This document shows positions 12,713 through 27,133 of a DNA stretch of 64,000 nucleotides, piece by piece. The position numbers were made by a program, and so were the translations under genes. The DNA is from Eledone cirrhosa. Its lineage: Eukaryota. Location of the stretch: positions 8,990,001-9,054,000 of the forward strand of contig OZ024747.1 in NCBI GenBank assembly GCA_964016885.1, written 5' to 3'. The notes beneath the pieces are model-generated. The model was given only the letters and a program-made list of their open reading frames with translations, did not search any database and was not told where the DNA came from. Position 1 is the stretch's first letter, and each line of letters begins with the position of its first letter.

Positions 12713-14609
12713 AATAATAATGAAAACTATTGTGTACAGTGCTCAGGTGCACTACAACCACCATGAGTGCAAGCATGGCTGTGTGGTTCAGAAGTTCACT
12801 TTGTAAACAAATGGTGATGAAACTTCAAATCAATTTGATTAGCTCTAGATTGGTTATTAATGAGCCTTAACATCTACAAATGATGCAATGACAGGTGTTG
12901 AACATAGCTGATACTACATACTAGTACAAACACAACTCTACTCTTCTGTAGCATATCTAGTGAAAAAAAAACATTGCCTAGTTTTGAAAATAATCAAGAA
13001 TTTGGAGGGATTTAGTAATATAACTAATTTATTATTAAGTTGATGCTTGGAACAGAAAGGTTCTTACATAAAATTATGATTGAATGTTTTTAGATAAATA
13101 AATGTTTTAACCCTTTCATTACTATAATTCAAATGGAAGACTGCCCATGATTTTCATTGGACGAATTTAGTAATATAACTAATTTTCTGGTGTTTGGAAC
13201 ATAACAAAGGTTCTTACATAAAATTAAGATGATTGTAAGATGAAAGGTTTTTAAATAAATATAAACACTTTAACCCATTTGTTAATATATTTCTAATGAA
13301 AGACACTGCCTATGATTTTCAGATAGTTTTGAAAATAATCACAAATATAACCAACTTCCTCATTATTTAGTTAGAGGTTAAAACAACTTAACAAAGGTTC
13401 TTACATAAAATGTTTAGATAAATATAAACAACTTTGTAATGTAGAAGCAGAAGTAGTTTCAGGCAGTTTGCTATCAAAAAGGTTAACTCTTACCTTCCTG
13501 TATCACATGAAAATGTAGAAGCAAAACACTTTTGAACCAGCAGTAAACACTCTAATGTAAGTGGACCAACTTTACTACATAAAGTTATTATGTAGTAACT
13601 TTACAATCATATACACAGAATATTATTTTTAGCATACTTGACTGCATTACATTAATTAGTAAAGTTTTTAGTCTAATACTGCAAATTTTCACAATGATCT
13701 GTCCACAGTAAAGATACTATAAACATTTGAACTAACAAACTTGTTTCCAGACATTTTCTGCAAAATCATTATAGGCTGTTACAAGTTAAATACAATCCCA
13801 AATGGTTGAATGTTTCCCCTAATAATATATTAAAAAATTTTTTTTTACTAGTTTTAGGTTTGGTATGATGGAGAAGAATTTTCAAAGGAGTTATGTTGGG
13901 TGGTGAATTCGAAATGGAGCTTAAAGAAAACAAACAGTAAATATAGATATTTTCTTTAAAGTGGTATTTAGAGTTATTTAGAGATCCATACTGATTAACT
14001 CTTTACATACCAAACAATCTGGAACAGTCCCTGGTTCGCTAATACAAAAATATTTTAAAATGTTTATATTTATCTAAAAACCCAACCATCATCATTTTAT
14101 GTAAGAAATTTTCTTATGTTCCAAACACCAACTTAATAATGAATAGGTTAGTTATATTACCCAGTCTATCCAAATTCTTGGGTATTTTCAAAATTTATTG
14201 AAAATATGGTGATAAAAGGATTACAGAAGATCTGAGTTATTTTTTTAAATGATTTGAAAATCATAGGCAGAATTTTCCATTAAAAATATGGTAATAAAAG
14301 GATTAAAGAATGAAGGTTTCAATAAACTTAGTAGAGACCATCTTGACAGGAGATTATCAAATAATTTTGAAAATAATCAAGAATTTGGAGAGATATAGTA
14401 ATACAACTTTCCTATTATTTATCTGGTGTCTTTGGAAAAAGGCAAATGATTTAACTTTGCAGCATATAGTTTCGGCCCTTTACGTCCTGAATTAAAATAC
14501 TGCTGAGGTTTGTTTTGCCTTTCATTCTTGTAAGGGTCAGTAAAATAAAGTACAAGAAACACACCAGGTCAATTTAATAGACTTTTCCCTTCCCTTCAAA
14601 TTGCTGGCC

Positions 14610-14982
14610 ATTATTAATCTGGTGGCAGAGGGTCGGACGTCATGCTTTGATGCATAGAGTTACGGCCCTTTCCATTCTGAGTTCAACTTTGCCTTTCATC
14701 CTTACGGGGTCGATAAAATAAAGTACCAGTAATGTACTGAGTGATTGCTGGCCTTGTGCCAAAAGTAGAAACAATTATTAATCTGGTGGATTGGCAGTAT
14801 TGGTAGAGGGTCGGACGCCATGCTCTGCAGCAGAGTTACGTCCCTTTACGGACTGAGTTCAAATCCTGTCGAGGTTAACTTTGCCTTTCATCCTTACAGG
14901 GTCAATAAAATAAAGTACCAGTAATGTACTGACTGGGTAACTGCTGGCCTTGTGCCAAAAGTAGAAACAATTATTAATCTGT
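14610..14982 (+). mobile_element. Head-to-tail dimer of SINE family A
   Basis: Two copies separated and flanked by three copies of ATTATTAATCTG, nested in an older SINE inside a P2 MITE. Confidence 0.85.
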
Positions 14983-15379
14983 TGTCTGGAACATAACATA
15001 ACAAAGGTTCTTACATAAATGCTGAAAAGTTTTTAGATAAACCTAATTACTTTAAAATAATCAGTTTTGTATCATAGAACTCTGGGCGGTTTGGTATTGA
15101 AAGGGTTTAACACTACCATCTGTCCCTTGGGTGTTTTCAACAGAGCACACAGCTGCAAATATTTGGGCTAGGTCTGTAGTCTGAGGATAGCTTCCACCCA
15201 CCAGTCTTGGAAGCCCTGAAAAGGTTCAGGAGTGTTGCTACCTTTCTTCTTCAAACTAAACTTACCTTCGACTTACCAACTTAGACATCATAATAACCCC
15301 CAGTACATATTTTAGTCTGGTATTATTTTATTGATCTCTATCAAATAGTTAAGTTTTACTTTTTCAGTGTAAACAGACA

Positions 15380-16765
15380 AACATGCACACACATACATAC
15401 ATATGTCTGTCTGCCTGTGTGTATGCATATATGTGTGTGTGTGTGTGTGTATATGTGTATGTGAGTGTGTGTATGTATGTGTGCATGTGTTTGTATTTGT
15501 GTTTATGTGTATGTGTGTGTGTGTGTATATGTATGTGTATGTGTGTATATGTATGTGTTATGTATGTATATGTATGTGCGCGTGTGGGGTGTATGTATGT
15601 GTATGAGTGTGTATATGTATATATGCATGTATATGTATGTGCGTGTATGTATATGTATGTATATGTATGCATGTGTATGTGTGTGTGTATGTATGTATAT
15701 GTGTCTGTGTGTGTAATGATAATATTTACAATACTAACAAATATAATAAGAGAAGAGGTGAAAGAGAAGATAAAGAATTTATATATAAAACCAATTATAA
15801 CAATTAACCAAAGCCTTATACTTCTCACTTCTGCCGGAATGTTCTGTAAAATATTTATCCCCCCCCCCCCGCCCACTGTTATTATCTAAAGATGTAACCA
15901 CAAGTAAAAAAAAAACAACAACTCAACAACCTCTTACCCCCAGAAAAAAAACTATATATATATATATATGTATATAGAAGCATATGTATACATACACACA
16001 CAGACAGAAGCACATATATACACACACACAGAGAAGCACATATATACACACACACAGAGAAGCACATGCATACATACAAATACAGAAGCATATGCATACA
16101 TACACACACACACACACACACACACAAGCATATGTATACACATACACACAAAGAAGCATATACATACACACACATACATACAGAAGCATATACACACATA
16201 CAGAAGCATATGCATACATACAAATACAGAAGCATATGCATACATACACACACACACAGAAGCATATGTATACACATACACACAAAGAAGCATATGCACA
16301 CACACACACACACACACAGGAGCATAAGTATATACACACACATACAGAAGCATATGCATACATACACACACACAGAAGTATATGCATACACACACACACA
16401 CAGAAGCACACACACACACACACACACAGGAGCATAAGTATATACACACACATACAGAAGCATATGCATACATACACACACACAGAAGCATATGCATACA
16501 CACACACACACAGAAGCATATGCACACACACACACACACACAGGAGCATAAGTATATACACACACATACAGAAGCATATGCATACATACACACACACAGA
16601 AGTATATGCATACATACACACATATACACAGAAGCATATGCACACACACACACACACAGGAGCATAAGTATATACACACACATACAGAAGCATATGCATA
16701 CATACACACACACAGAAGCATATGCATACATACACACATATACACAGAAGCATATGCACACATGT
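15380..16765. repeat. TG-rich tract (15380-15715) and CA-rich AGAAGCATATGCATACA minisatellite (15955-16765)
   Basis: Direct inspection. Confidence 0.95.
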
Positions 16766-16894
16766 GGCCTCCACTGCCACCCTGCTGATTACTAAAAGAT
16801 GGAATTCCTTCAAAAATTCCAACAGCATCTGTTTAACCATTTCATATAATTCCTATAAAGACTTGCCAATTTTCTACAACTCAACACCTCCATA

Positions 16895-18225
16895 GCAACC
16901 ACCACCATCACCATCACCAATATCAATACCACCATCCCCACCATCACCCACTCACCACCACCACCAATACCACCACCACCACCACCATCAACATTACCAG
17001 CAATACCACCACAGGTACTAAAGCACCATCACTGCCACCATCATCACAACCACCATCACCACTCACCACAACCACCACCATCACGACCACCACCATCACG
17101 ACCATTACCACCATCACCACTACCATCACAACCACCACAACCACCACCATCACAACCATTACCACCATCACCACTACCATCACAACCACCACAACCACCA
17201 CCATCACAACCATTACCACCATCACAACCACCACCATCACCACTACCACGACCATCACAACCACCACCACCACCACAACCATCACAACCATTACCACCAC
17301 CACAACCATTACCACCACCACAACCATCACCACCACCACCACCACCACAACCATCACCACCATCACAACCACCACCAGAACCACCACAACCACCACCACC
17401 ACAACCATCATGACCACGACGACCACCACCACCATCACGACCACCACCACCACCACCACCACCATCACGACCACCACTACCACCACCACCATCACCACCA
17501 CCACCACCACCACCATCACCACAATACCCATTTTTCTGCCAAAAAGAAAGAAAAAAACTAGGAATCCCAATTTACTGTAGGCCAAAGAATATAGTGCCAT
17601 TTGAGATTCCTGCCAGTTTGAGGAGGAGATGGCGGTGGTGGTGGTGTAGTTAATGGTGGTGGGATGGTGATGGTGGTGGTGGTCGTATAGTGATAGTGGT
17701 GGTGGTGGTGGTGATGGTGGTGTAGTTAATAATGGTGGGGTGGTGGTGTAGTTAATGGTGGTGGGATGGTGGTGGTGGTCATATAGTGAATAATGGTGTG
17801 GTGGTATAGTTAATAATGGTGGTGATGGTGGTGGTGGTGTAGTTAATAATGGTGGGGTGGTGATGGTGGTGGTGTATTTAATGGTGGGTGGTGGTGTAGT
17901 TAATAATAGTGGGGTGGTGATGGTGGTGGTGGTAGTATAGCCAACCAAGGGTGATAATAGTAGTAGTGGTGGTGGTGGTAGTAGTGGTGGTGGTGGTGGT
18001 AGTAGTGGTAGTAGTAATAATAGTGGTGGTAGTGGTAGTAGTAGTGGTGGTGGTAGTAGTAATAGAAGTAGTAGTGGTGGTGGTGGTTGTAGTAGTAGTA
18101 GTGGTGCTTGTGGTAGTAGTAGTAGTGGTGCTTGTGGTAGTAGTAGTAGTGGTGGTTGTGGTAGTAGTAGTAGTAGTGGTAGTGGTGGTATTAGAAGTAA
18201 TAGTAGTAGTGGTGGTAGTGATAAC
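16895..18225. repeat. (ACC)n-type tract (16895-17525) facing a (GGT/AGT)n tract (17630-18225)
   Basis: Direct inspection. Confidence 0.95.
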
Positions 18226-18744
18226 AGCAGAAATGTGATCAGTGTAATGGTGATATAGGTCCTTTTAGATGTTCAAATGCACAAAATCCTTACAGCAAGA
18301 TAACAACAACAACATACACAAGTATGTTCCAGCAGTTTGACTCTTAACATCCTGTACTGCAGGAAACTGCATTAACAAGACATTCTTGAAAAATACAAAT
18401 TAGCACTATGACTGTCTAACCCATGCTCGCGTGGAAGATAGACGTTAAATGATGATGACGATGATTGTATCACAGACTTGACTCTATGATTAAACAGCAT
18501 AAAAATAAATAAAACAAATCCACAACGAAACAGCCCTGTTTGGTGACTTCTGGATTAGAGTTACCTGATAATTTCTTCCCCTGATTAAGGATCTAGGAGA
18601 AAATATGGAAAAAATGGGTTTGTTAATTCAAATGTTTGTAATATCTTAGTGTATAGATTGTTGTGAAATTTTGTTGTACTAGAATAAACACTTTAATTTT
18701 TAATGTGATAAGTCATAAAGTTGTTTGTTTAACACCATTTTATA

Positions 18745-19186
18745 ATCATCATCATCACCGTTTTATGTCCGTTCTTCCACGCTAGCATGGGTTAAACCGG
18801 TTGTCCTGTTGTGGGCAGTGTCCGTTCGGCTGACCTTGTCTTGCTCATACGGGAACTGATTCTGGCTTGATTTCTACAGCTCGATGCCCTTCCTAATACC
18901 AACCTCATTTACAGTGAGTGCTGGGTGTTTTTTTTCTGTGGTGCCTACACGTCCACTTTTACAGTGTGGGCTGGGTGCTTTTTGACGTGGCGCCTCCACG
19001 ACCACTTTGCAGTGGAATGATAGGGACCCCAGTCCTATCATCTCATTTCTACAGCTGAGTAAACTGGAGCAATGTGAAATAAAGTGTCTTGCTCAAGGAA
19101 ACAACACATCACCTAGTCCGAGAATTGAACTCACAACCTTTCGATTGCAAGCCCAATGCTTTAACCACTAAGCCATGCGCCTTCAC
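18745..19186 (-). mobile_element. tRNA-derived SINE family B with RTE-like (GAT)n tail
   Basis: Head GGCGCATGGCTTAGTGG..GAGTTCAATTC, then CORE-like CCTTGAGCAAGACACTT, then tail ...CATGCTAGC..GGACATAAAACG(GAT)n. A near-identical copy lies at 39415-39756. Confidence 0.85.
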
Positions 19187-19443
19187 TTATAATTTCTTAT
19201 TTAATGTGGTTTCATGTGGTACAGGATATTAAGGGTTCAATAAGTTAACCAAACATTACAGATATAAAATATAGTACTGAAGGTGGTACTCCAACATGGC
19301 ATTGGCTACGATAGCTAAAACAATATAAAAATCTGCACTTTGACTGTGATATTCATACAGAAAGCATCCCTTGGAAATTTTCCAATGTCATGAAAGAAAT
19401 AAAAGACAGTAATATCATATCGTGCTCAGCCATTCACTGAACC

Positions 19444-19602
19444 AGGCATGGCTGCGTGGTTAAGAAGTTTTCTTCCCAACCACATGGTTTTAGATACAAT
19501 CCCACTATGTAACACCTTGAGCAAGTGTCTTCTGCTATAAGTTTGGGCCAATAAATGCCTAGTAGGTGAATCTGGCAGATGGAGACTGTACAGAAGCCTG
19601 TC
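19444..19602 (+). mobile_element. tRNA-derived SINE family C
   Basis: GGCATGGCTGCGTGGTTAAGAAG..CACCTTGAGCAAGTGTCTTC..GTAGGTGAATCTGGCAGATGGAGACTG ending in (TA)n. Relatives at 36815-36970 and 52860-52945. Confidence 0.7.
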
Positions 19603-19789
19603 ATATATATATATATATATGATGGTGAAATTAGCCAGCATACTTATCGTGAAAATAAGATGTAGGTTCAATTCCCACACATTTAATACCCATTTTTTTC
19701 TGTTAGGGGGGCTCATATGCCCTACTATTAAACTATTTTCTGTAGTCAATATATGGTTGAAGATTTTAATTCTATTTTCAATATACATG

Positions 19790-19992
19790 TACGGGTGTAG
19801 GGGCAGGGGTGCTGAAAAGTTCCTGGTTAAAGGTATCGTGAAAGGGCAGAGCTGTTTCCTTTACAGGGGAGACAGGAACGCTGCAATAGGTGTGTGAATC
19901 TGAGAAGGGAACATATTGAATAAAATCATAATCAACAGATCCTCCTGTATTTTCTTTTATCCAAAGCCAGGAACTTTTCAGCACCTCTCGTA
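19790..19992. mobile_element. mariner-type MITE
   Basis: Inverted GGTGCTGAAAAGTTCCTGG (19808-19826) / CCAGGAACTTTTCAGCACC (19967-19985), with TA-CG...CG-TA ends. Confidence 0.75.
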
Positions 19993-22055
19993 TATAAATA
20001 TGTAAATAGGACCATCAAATACTCAAATCTGAACATAGATACATCTAGAACAAACCTGAAGTTATCCATGAAATAAGACCATTAAATGACTCAGCTCATA
20101 CATAACACACTCAGAAAACAAAACTACTTATAAACTAAACACCCAGGAAATAAGACTATTGAATTTCCTACCTTGTAAACAATACGCTCAGAAGAACAAA
20201 GCCAACAAAAAAACTAAACACCTTTACTAGAACTAAGATATCAGCTATATTTCCTGACTCTTATATTCTGTAAACCTACCACCAACCCACACTAATTACT
20301 AGTATGGGGGAGACAGACTTTATCGGTCTGCAGGTTGGACTGGCTACTTTTTCATTGTGTCAGCAGGATAATCACTTTACAGGGTAGACCAGCTGTTTTT
20401 TGTCATGTCACCAAATGACCAATTTACAAGGTGTGCTGGGTGTTTTTTATATTTATCTAAAAACCTTCCATCATAATTTTATGTAAGGACCTTTGTTAAG
20501 TTATGTTCCCAAAACCAGCTTAATAATGAGAAAGTTATAATACTAAATCCCTCCAAATTGTTATTTTCAAAATTAATTGAAAATCATAAAGGACTGTTTT
20601 TTATGGTATAGAAAGTGAAGGCTGATCAACCCCATCTTGCTTCACTTTTCACTACCAAGTGATAAAAGCCTGCTGCATCCCTTGTGATATCCTGTATGGC
20701 AGACTAATATATACCATATTTTCTGATGTATAATAGGAGAAATTTTGAACTAAAATTAAGGGCAAAAAAAGTGGGGTTGTAATATATATGAGAAGACATT
20801 TTCAGACATTTTTACTGGCTATAAAAATATTCTTTTCAAACAGCAAGATTGCAAATATTTGTTAACAATTGTTTACAAATGGTATTTGATATCTCAGGCA
20901 ATATTTGTTATTTGTGAATCAGCATAATTGAATGCCGTTTGTTTGAAAGACAGGAAATTGATAAAATAAATTAATAAATGGACTACATAAGATATATTGT
21001 TTTACATTGAGAAACAGAATATTCTGGTGAAATGTGTGAGATTGAGATTTTGATGGATAACATGGTACATATTTACAAAAATATTTACATAGACAAGGTT
21101 GTAATTTATTTCTGCTTTTTAGCTTCAGAAATAGGGGTTGTATTATATACACAAAGAAATATTTAAATATATATATATATAGGTATAGAAGGCAGTGAAT
21201 TGGCAGAGTCATTAGAATATCGGATAGAATGCTTTGCAGTATTTGTTTTGGCTCCCTACTCTTGGAGTTCAAACCCCACCGAGGTGAACTTTGCTTTTCA
21301 TCCATTTGAGGTTGATAAAAAAAGTACCAGTCTAGTACTGGGGGATCAATTCTTCCTCTATATCTCTTCCTCACTTCCATTCTCTCACTCACTATCCTTC
21401 TCTGGATTTCAGAGCAGCCCCCTCCCCAACTAATTAGGTCATCTAGGTAACAGAAGATCTATGGATCCTTCCTCTGATTGGAAAACGTTTATTGGCTCCC
21501 AAACTTCTTTTTTTGTGCAATTATATAACATTTTCAAAACATGGTGCCCATATCTATATTTTACAGAGTCCCAACTAACCAAATTTTAATAAGACATTAA
21601 ATGAAATAAAAATGGTTTTAAAGGAAATTTATTCATATAAATAACATATATATGTAATACATGTTATTGAATTTTATTAAGAAACACCTTATCTTAAAGA
21701 AGCCCAGAATTTTATCACAGAACCTTCCAGAATGATGTATTCTCAACGATAAAGCTGCTTGATCAGAGTTGACCTGGAGTTACACCTAGCAACCTATAGT
21801 CTATATATAACTGATATACCAAATACTAGACTGACCTGGTTCAATGCTTGGGAAAACAGTTTCTAGTGTTGGTAACAATGAAAAAAATACATTGAGCACA
21901 GAGAGGCACTGAGCTGTAAAATTGTAACCAAAATATCCATACATTTCTAATACTTATTTAGAACATTTTCATCATACCACACAGTTGACCTCATGGAAGA
22001 AAGCCAGTAGTAAATAAACCTGTGTTCTGAAAAAAACAAAAAACTTTGGAGCTTT

Positions 22056-22486
22056 GGTACATGGCCTAGTGGTTAAGGTGTGGGGCACACAGTCATAAAG
22101 TTGTGGGTTTGATTCTTGGACCAGGAGACGTTGTGTTCTTCAACAAGATACTTCATTTTGTGTTACTTTTCATAATAGGACAGAAACCCCTATCAATAAA
22201 CACTCAATAAAGCTCCTACAAGATACAATATTGTAGAAAACCTGTTAAACCTACATTGGTGTTATATGTAGTAACAATATGATAGGACTGGGGCCCCAGT
22301 CATTAAAACATCTAACAAAGCTCTATAAGATGCAATGCCATAGAAAGCCAGCTAAACCTACATAGGTGTCATATGTAGCAACAATATGATAGGACTGGGG
22401 CCCCAGTCATTAAAACACCAAGCAAAGCTGCTATAAGATGTAAGCCAGCTAAACCTACATAGGTGTGAGCTGTAAATTTCATTTCA
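22056..22486 (+). mobile_element. SINE family B head followed by three tandem ~100-bp tail units
   Basis: tRNA-like head, then 3x GATAGGACTGGGGCCCC..TCATTAAAACA..AAACCTACATAGGTG, ending GCTGTAAATTTCATTTCA. Minus-strand relatives at 8557-8840 (2 units) and 10250-10530 (1 unit). Confidence 0.75.
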
Positions 22487-23219
22487 ATATTAGACAACAG
22501 TGATAAAACTGGGGTCGTTGTTACAGCACACATCTATGTAGGTTTAACTGGCCTCTTATAAGGCTACATCGTGTAGGATGTCTCTGGTTATTTTAATGGT
22601 AGGGGGCCAAATCTTATCTTTCCTGGTCACAAGAGATGGAATTTGAACTTCTTAAAAGAAACCTTAAAGTTTATGTTTATTACTGACATGTGGAAGTGAT
22701 TAAAGATGAGAATGATATTTTACTAATTAATTCTAGGATATAAGTACATAAATGTTCAGCTTATATTTACAAATGACAGAGAATTAAATGTATGAACAAC
22801 TTTGGAGAAATAGCTATTTAGAGAGACAAATGTAGGGTTAGAACCCACAACCTAATGACTGGCAAGTGAACTTCTTATTGTTACAATATAACTGAGATGG
22901 GAAATACATCGTCCATATGAGTATGTGGATAAATTTGAAAGAGTTACAGACAGAAACATATAAATATAGAAACACGCATAGTGTACTATTATGATTGATT
23001 ATGACAGCAGCAGACAACCAAAAAATGTAATGATGAAAGACAAAACGAGAAGTTAAACACCCACCAGATCAATGTAAATACTCACTTAAGATCTTAAGCC
23101 AGTTGACTTGCTAGAAATAACACCCAAATCTCCTTCAAAGGAAATTACTGATTTGGGAAGTAAAGACAGTACCCATAGGTAGTGGAATTCATTAGAAATA
23201 AGTAACAAAAGAGTATTTA

Positions 23220-24061
23220 TCTATATATCTAAAACAGAGAATGTCTGTCTGACTCACTAAAACTCGAGAACCACCCAACCGATTTTTTTCAAACTTTACA
23301 CATGTAATACTTATGGTTGTGTGAGTGTTTTGAGCCAAAAATATTTCTAATTTTCAATTAGGCGAAAAACCGCATATTTTAGGCTTTAAAGGGTTTTTTT
23401 TAGGCATACCGGAACAATAATCCAGGCGATTTCTTCAAACTTTGCATTACTTATGTCGTTTAAAGTATTTTAGCAAAAAAAGATTTTCTCATTTTTTGCC
23501 CCAGAGACCGCATTAAGTGAAAAACCGATTTTTTTAAGCATTTTGGTGGCGTTAGGTCCTGTAACTCGAGAAATATCCAACCAATTTTTTTTAAACTTTG
23601 CATATGCATTACTTATGTTTCACAAATTTTCTTGACTGAGAAAGATTTCAAATTTTTGCCCGGGGACCGCATTGTTTAGCATTTTGGTTGCGTTAGGGCC
23701 TGTAACCTTAAAAGTATCCAACTAAATTCCTTCATGCTCTCCACCACTGCAGTCCCACATGCTTACTGCTCTGTAACTATTGCTTTCATTGTACTATAGC
23801 ACAACAAATACATGTTCGGTTTTTCGAATGCCTTTTGTACTTAACCCCATCGTCTTGGCTTTGGTGCGTTGAAAATTTTACTCTCAGGCACCCAATTAAG
23901 TTAAACCCCTGGTAATCTACGACAAATTTTTTTTTTAAGCACAAAATGTAGACACCATCCCCAGGCCGAGGTATTCCATACTTCTCTGTAGTTTCAGAAA
24001 GGAGGGATAAACATGCCAATCTATGTTTAGAATCCCAAGCAACGCCGGGCCATTCTGCTAG
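23220..24061 (+). mobile_element. Non-autonomous Helitron
   Basis: 5' end TC (A|TCTATATATCTAAAACAGAGAATGTCTGTCTG). 3' subterminal GC hairpin CCCAAGCAACGCCGGG followed by CTAG|T. Inserted at A/T with no TSD. Internal ~150-bp subrepeats. Confidence 0.8.
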
Positions 24062-24347
24062 TTATTATCTAAAAACCTCCCATCATAATTTTATGTAAGT
24101 ATCTTTATTATAAGAAAATTATATTACTAAATCCTTCTAAATTCTTGATTATTTTCAAAATTATTTGAAAATCCTAGGCAGGGTTTTTTATTAGAAATAT
24201 TGTAATGACACATTTGGCAGCCTAAACCACACATGGCATACCAATTACTCAAAGGTGTCTTTAAAAATAACCCCACTCTACTCCATAGACTACAGTTCAC
24301 AACTAATTGATGTCTATTGGTTGTATTAAGCAATAAATCTATCAATG

Positions 24348-25338
24348 AATAGACAGAAACACACAGACACACATACATACATATACAGAGAAAGACATAC
24401 ATACACACAGACATACATACATATACAGAGATATACATACATACATACACACAGACAGAGACAGACATACATATACACACAAACACACATATACAGAGAA
24501 AGACATACATACACACAGACATGCATATACAGAGACAGACATACACACAGACACGCATATACAGAGACAGACATATATACACACACACATATACAGAGAC
24601 AGATATACATACACACACACACGCATATACAGAGACAGACATACATATAGAGACAGACATACATACACACACAAACACATTTACAGAGACAGACATATAC
24701 ACACACAGACACACATATACAGAGAAAGCTATACATACACACAGACACGCATATACAGAGACATACATACATACACACACATATACAGAGACAGACATAC
24801 ACACACATACATACACAGACAGACACACATATACAGAAACAGATATACATACATACACAGACATACACACACGGCGACATATACAGAGACAGACATACAC
24901 ACACACACAGCCAGCCACACATATACAGAGACAGACATACATACATACAGAGACAGACATACATACACACACATACACAGAGCTAGACATACATACACAC
25001 ATAGACAGACATACAGACACATAGACACACAGACAGACACACATAGACAGACATACATACACACATAGACACAGACACACAGACAGACACACATAGACAG
25101 ACATACATACACACATAGACAGACATACAGACACACATAGACAGACATACAGACACACATACAGACACAGACACACAGACAGACACACATAGACAGACAT
25201 ACAGACACACATAGACAGACATACAGACACACATAGACAGACATACAGACAGACATAGACAGAGACACAAAAAGACAGTCAGACAAACAGACAGATAGAC
25301 AGACGTGCAAACATAGACAGACGACCAAATACACACAA
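24348..25338. repeat. ACAG/ACAT compound minisatellite
   Basis: Direct inspection. Confidence 0.95.
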
Positions 25339-25949
25339 ACTTCTAGATCTAAAAAAATGTAGGTTTAATTTTTTTTCCTTAATTGCCCAAAATGTTAAGA
25401 TATGATCAGTGAAAGATTTCAGAATGAAGTCTGGTCTAAGGACAGACACGAATAGAGGTTAGTTTGACATGGCTATTTTTTTAACTTCCGTCAGCTATTA
25501 CATAGAGTTGAGTCAATAATCTAGGGGGTGGACATGTGGCACATGCAAGGTATGCTTGTGTGTGTATGTGTGTATGCATGTGTGTATGCATGTGTGTGTG
25601 CGTGTTGCTTGCCTGTGGGTGAAAGGCAGTAGTGAGAGGGGAGCAGTTTTCAAAGTGAAATCATGCTACAGCAGAACAGATAATGTTAAACCCTTCCATA
25701 CCATATTTATAATGAATAACAGTCCCCTATAATTATCAAATAATTTTCAAAAAATTATCAAGAATTTCGAGGGATTAAGTGATATAACTAACTTTCTTAT
25801 CAAGCTGGTGTTTTAAAAATAACTTAAAAGATTCTTACATAAAATTATGATCGAAGGTTTTTTAGAAAAATATAAACACTTTAAAATAAACAGGGCCAGT
25901 TTCAAGCAGTTTTGGTATCAAAAGAGTCTTTATATGGCATAAGAGGAAA

Positions 25950-26280
25950 GGTGGGAATGGGAGGGGGTTAATAATAAATAAAGATGCAGAATACAGATGA
26001 TGGTAGTGGTGTAAAGTAGGTAAGTGGATTGAACTGTATGGTGGAGATTGTAAGGAGGGTGGGGACAGATTCTATGGAGAGCAGATGCTGTCATTATAAC
26101 CATAAAAGAAAGACAAAGGGTGGTAAGTAGATAGAGCAGAGGGTGGCTGGAGGTAGAGCCTGTGAAGGCGGGTAGGGTAGACTTGGATGTCATCAGGCAG
26201 ATGGCTTTCTTCTGGGATAGGAAGGAAGCCTTGAGAATAAACAGCAGTGACCCTAAGTGGCTGTATTACTATTCCATATA
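25950..26280 (-). mobile_element. Very degenerate CR1/L2-like remnant
   Basis: QKKAICLM..FFYGYNDSICS resembles the QKRA..LFYRYY..CS C-terminus. A similar remnant is at ~59940-60300. Confidence 0.35.
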
Positions 26281-26574
26281 TGGCAGCAGACAGTTAATTG
26301 ATATGAATCTTTGGAAAAAAAAAAAAAAAGAAAAGCTTAAGAGCTCAGTCAAGGATTAACAATAATGTTACTGTTGTTTAAGCCCAGATGATAAAACCAT
26401 ATTTATTGTGAAAGGCTTTCCAGCCTGACCTAACATGAAGTAGTTCTAGATGTACTTCGTCCTTCCTTTAAAAGCAGTTAATAAAGGTGTGGTCTGAAAT
26501 ATATTTGGCAGCTATTTCCTACTAGCTGTGGAGCAATAAGACTTTATAATTAAATACATTCTAACCACGACCTT

Positions 26575-26780
26575 ATCAGGTAATAAGACATCATGATCAA
26601 AGACATCTCAATCGTGACCCTGTGAAGTAATAAGACCATGTAATCAAGGGCATCTGACCATGACCCTGGCGAGCAATTAAACACGATCAAAGGCATTCCA
26701 ACCGTGTAATAAAACCACATGACCAAGGGCGTTCAAACTGCGACCCTGTCATACACTAACATCTCATGACCAAAGACATT
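26575..26780 (+). repeat. About five diverged ~40-bp tandem units (AAGACCACATGATCAAAGGCAT..CGTGACCCTG)
   Basis: Direct inspection. The motif also occurs singly at ~26400-26430 and 52180-52420. Confidence 0.6.
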
Positions 26781-26833
26781 GCACTGTAACAATGTTAGTG
26801 ATCTGATACACACACACACACATATATATATAT

Positions 26834-27133
<300 letters not shown>

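Noticed and set aside
15364-18238. Long ORFs (up to ~370 aa) rich in V, T, CV, YI or HT, here and at 4-363, 24127-25336, 30970-31914, 43467-44187, 62814-63608
   Set aside because: They are translations of stop-free microsatellites, open in several frames on both strands.
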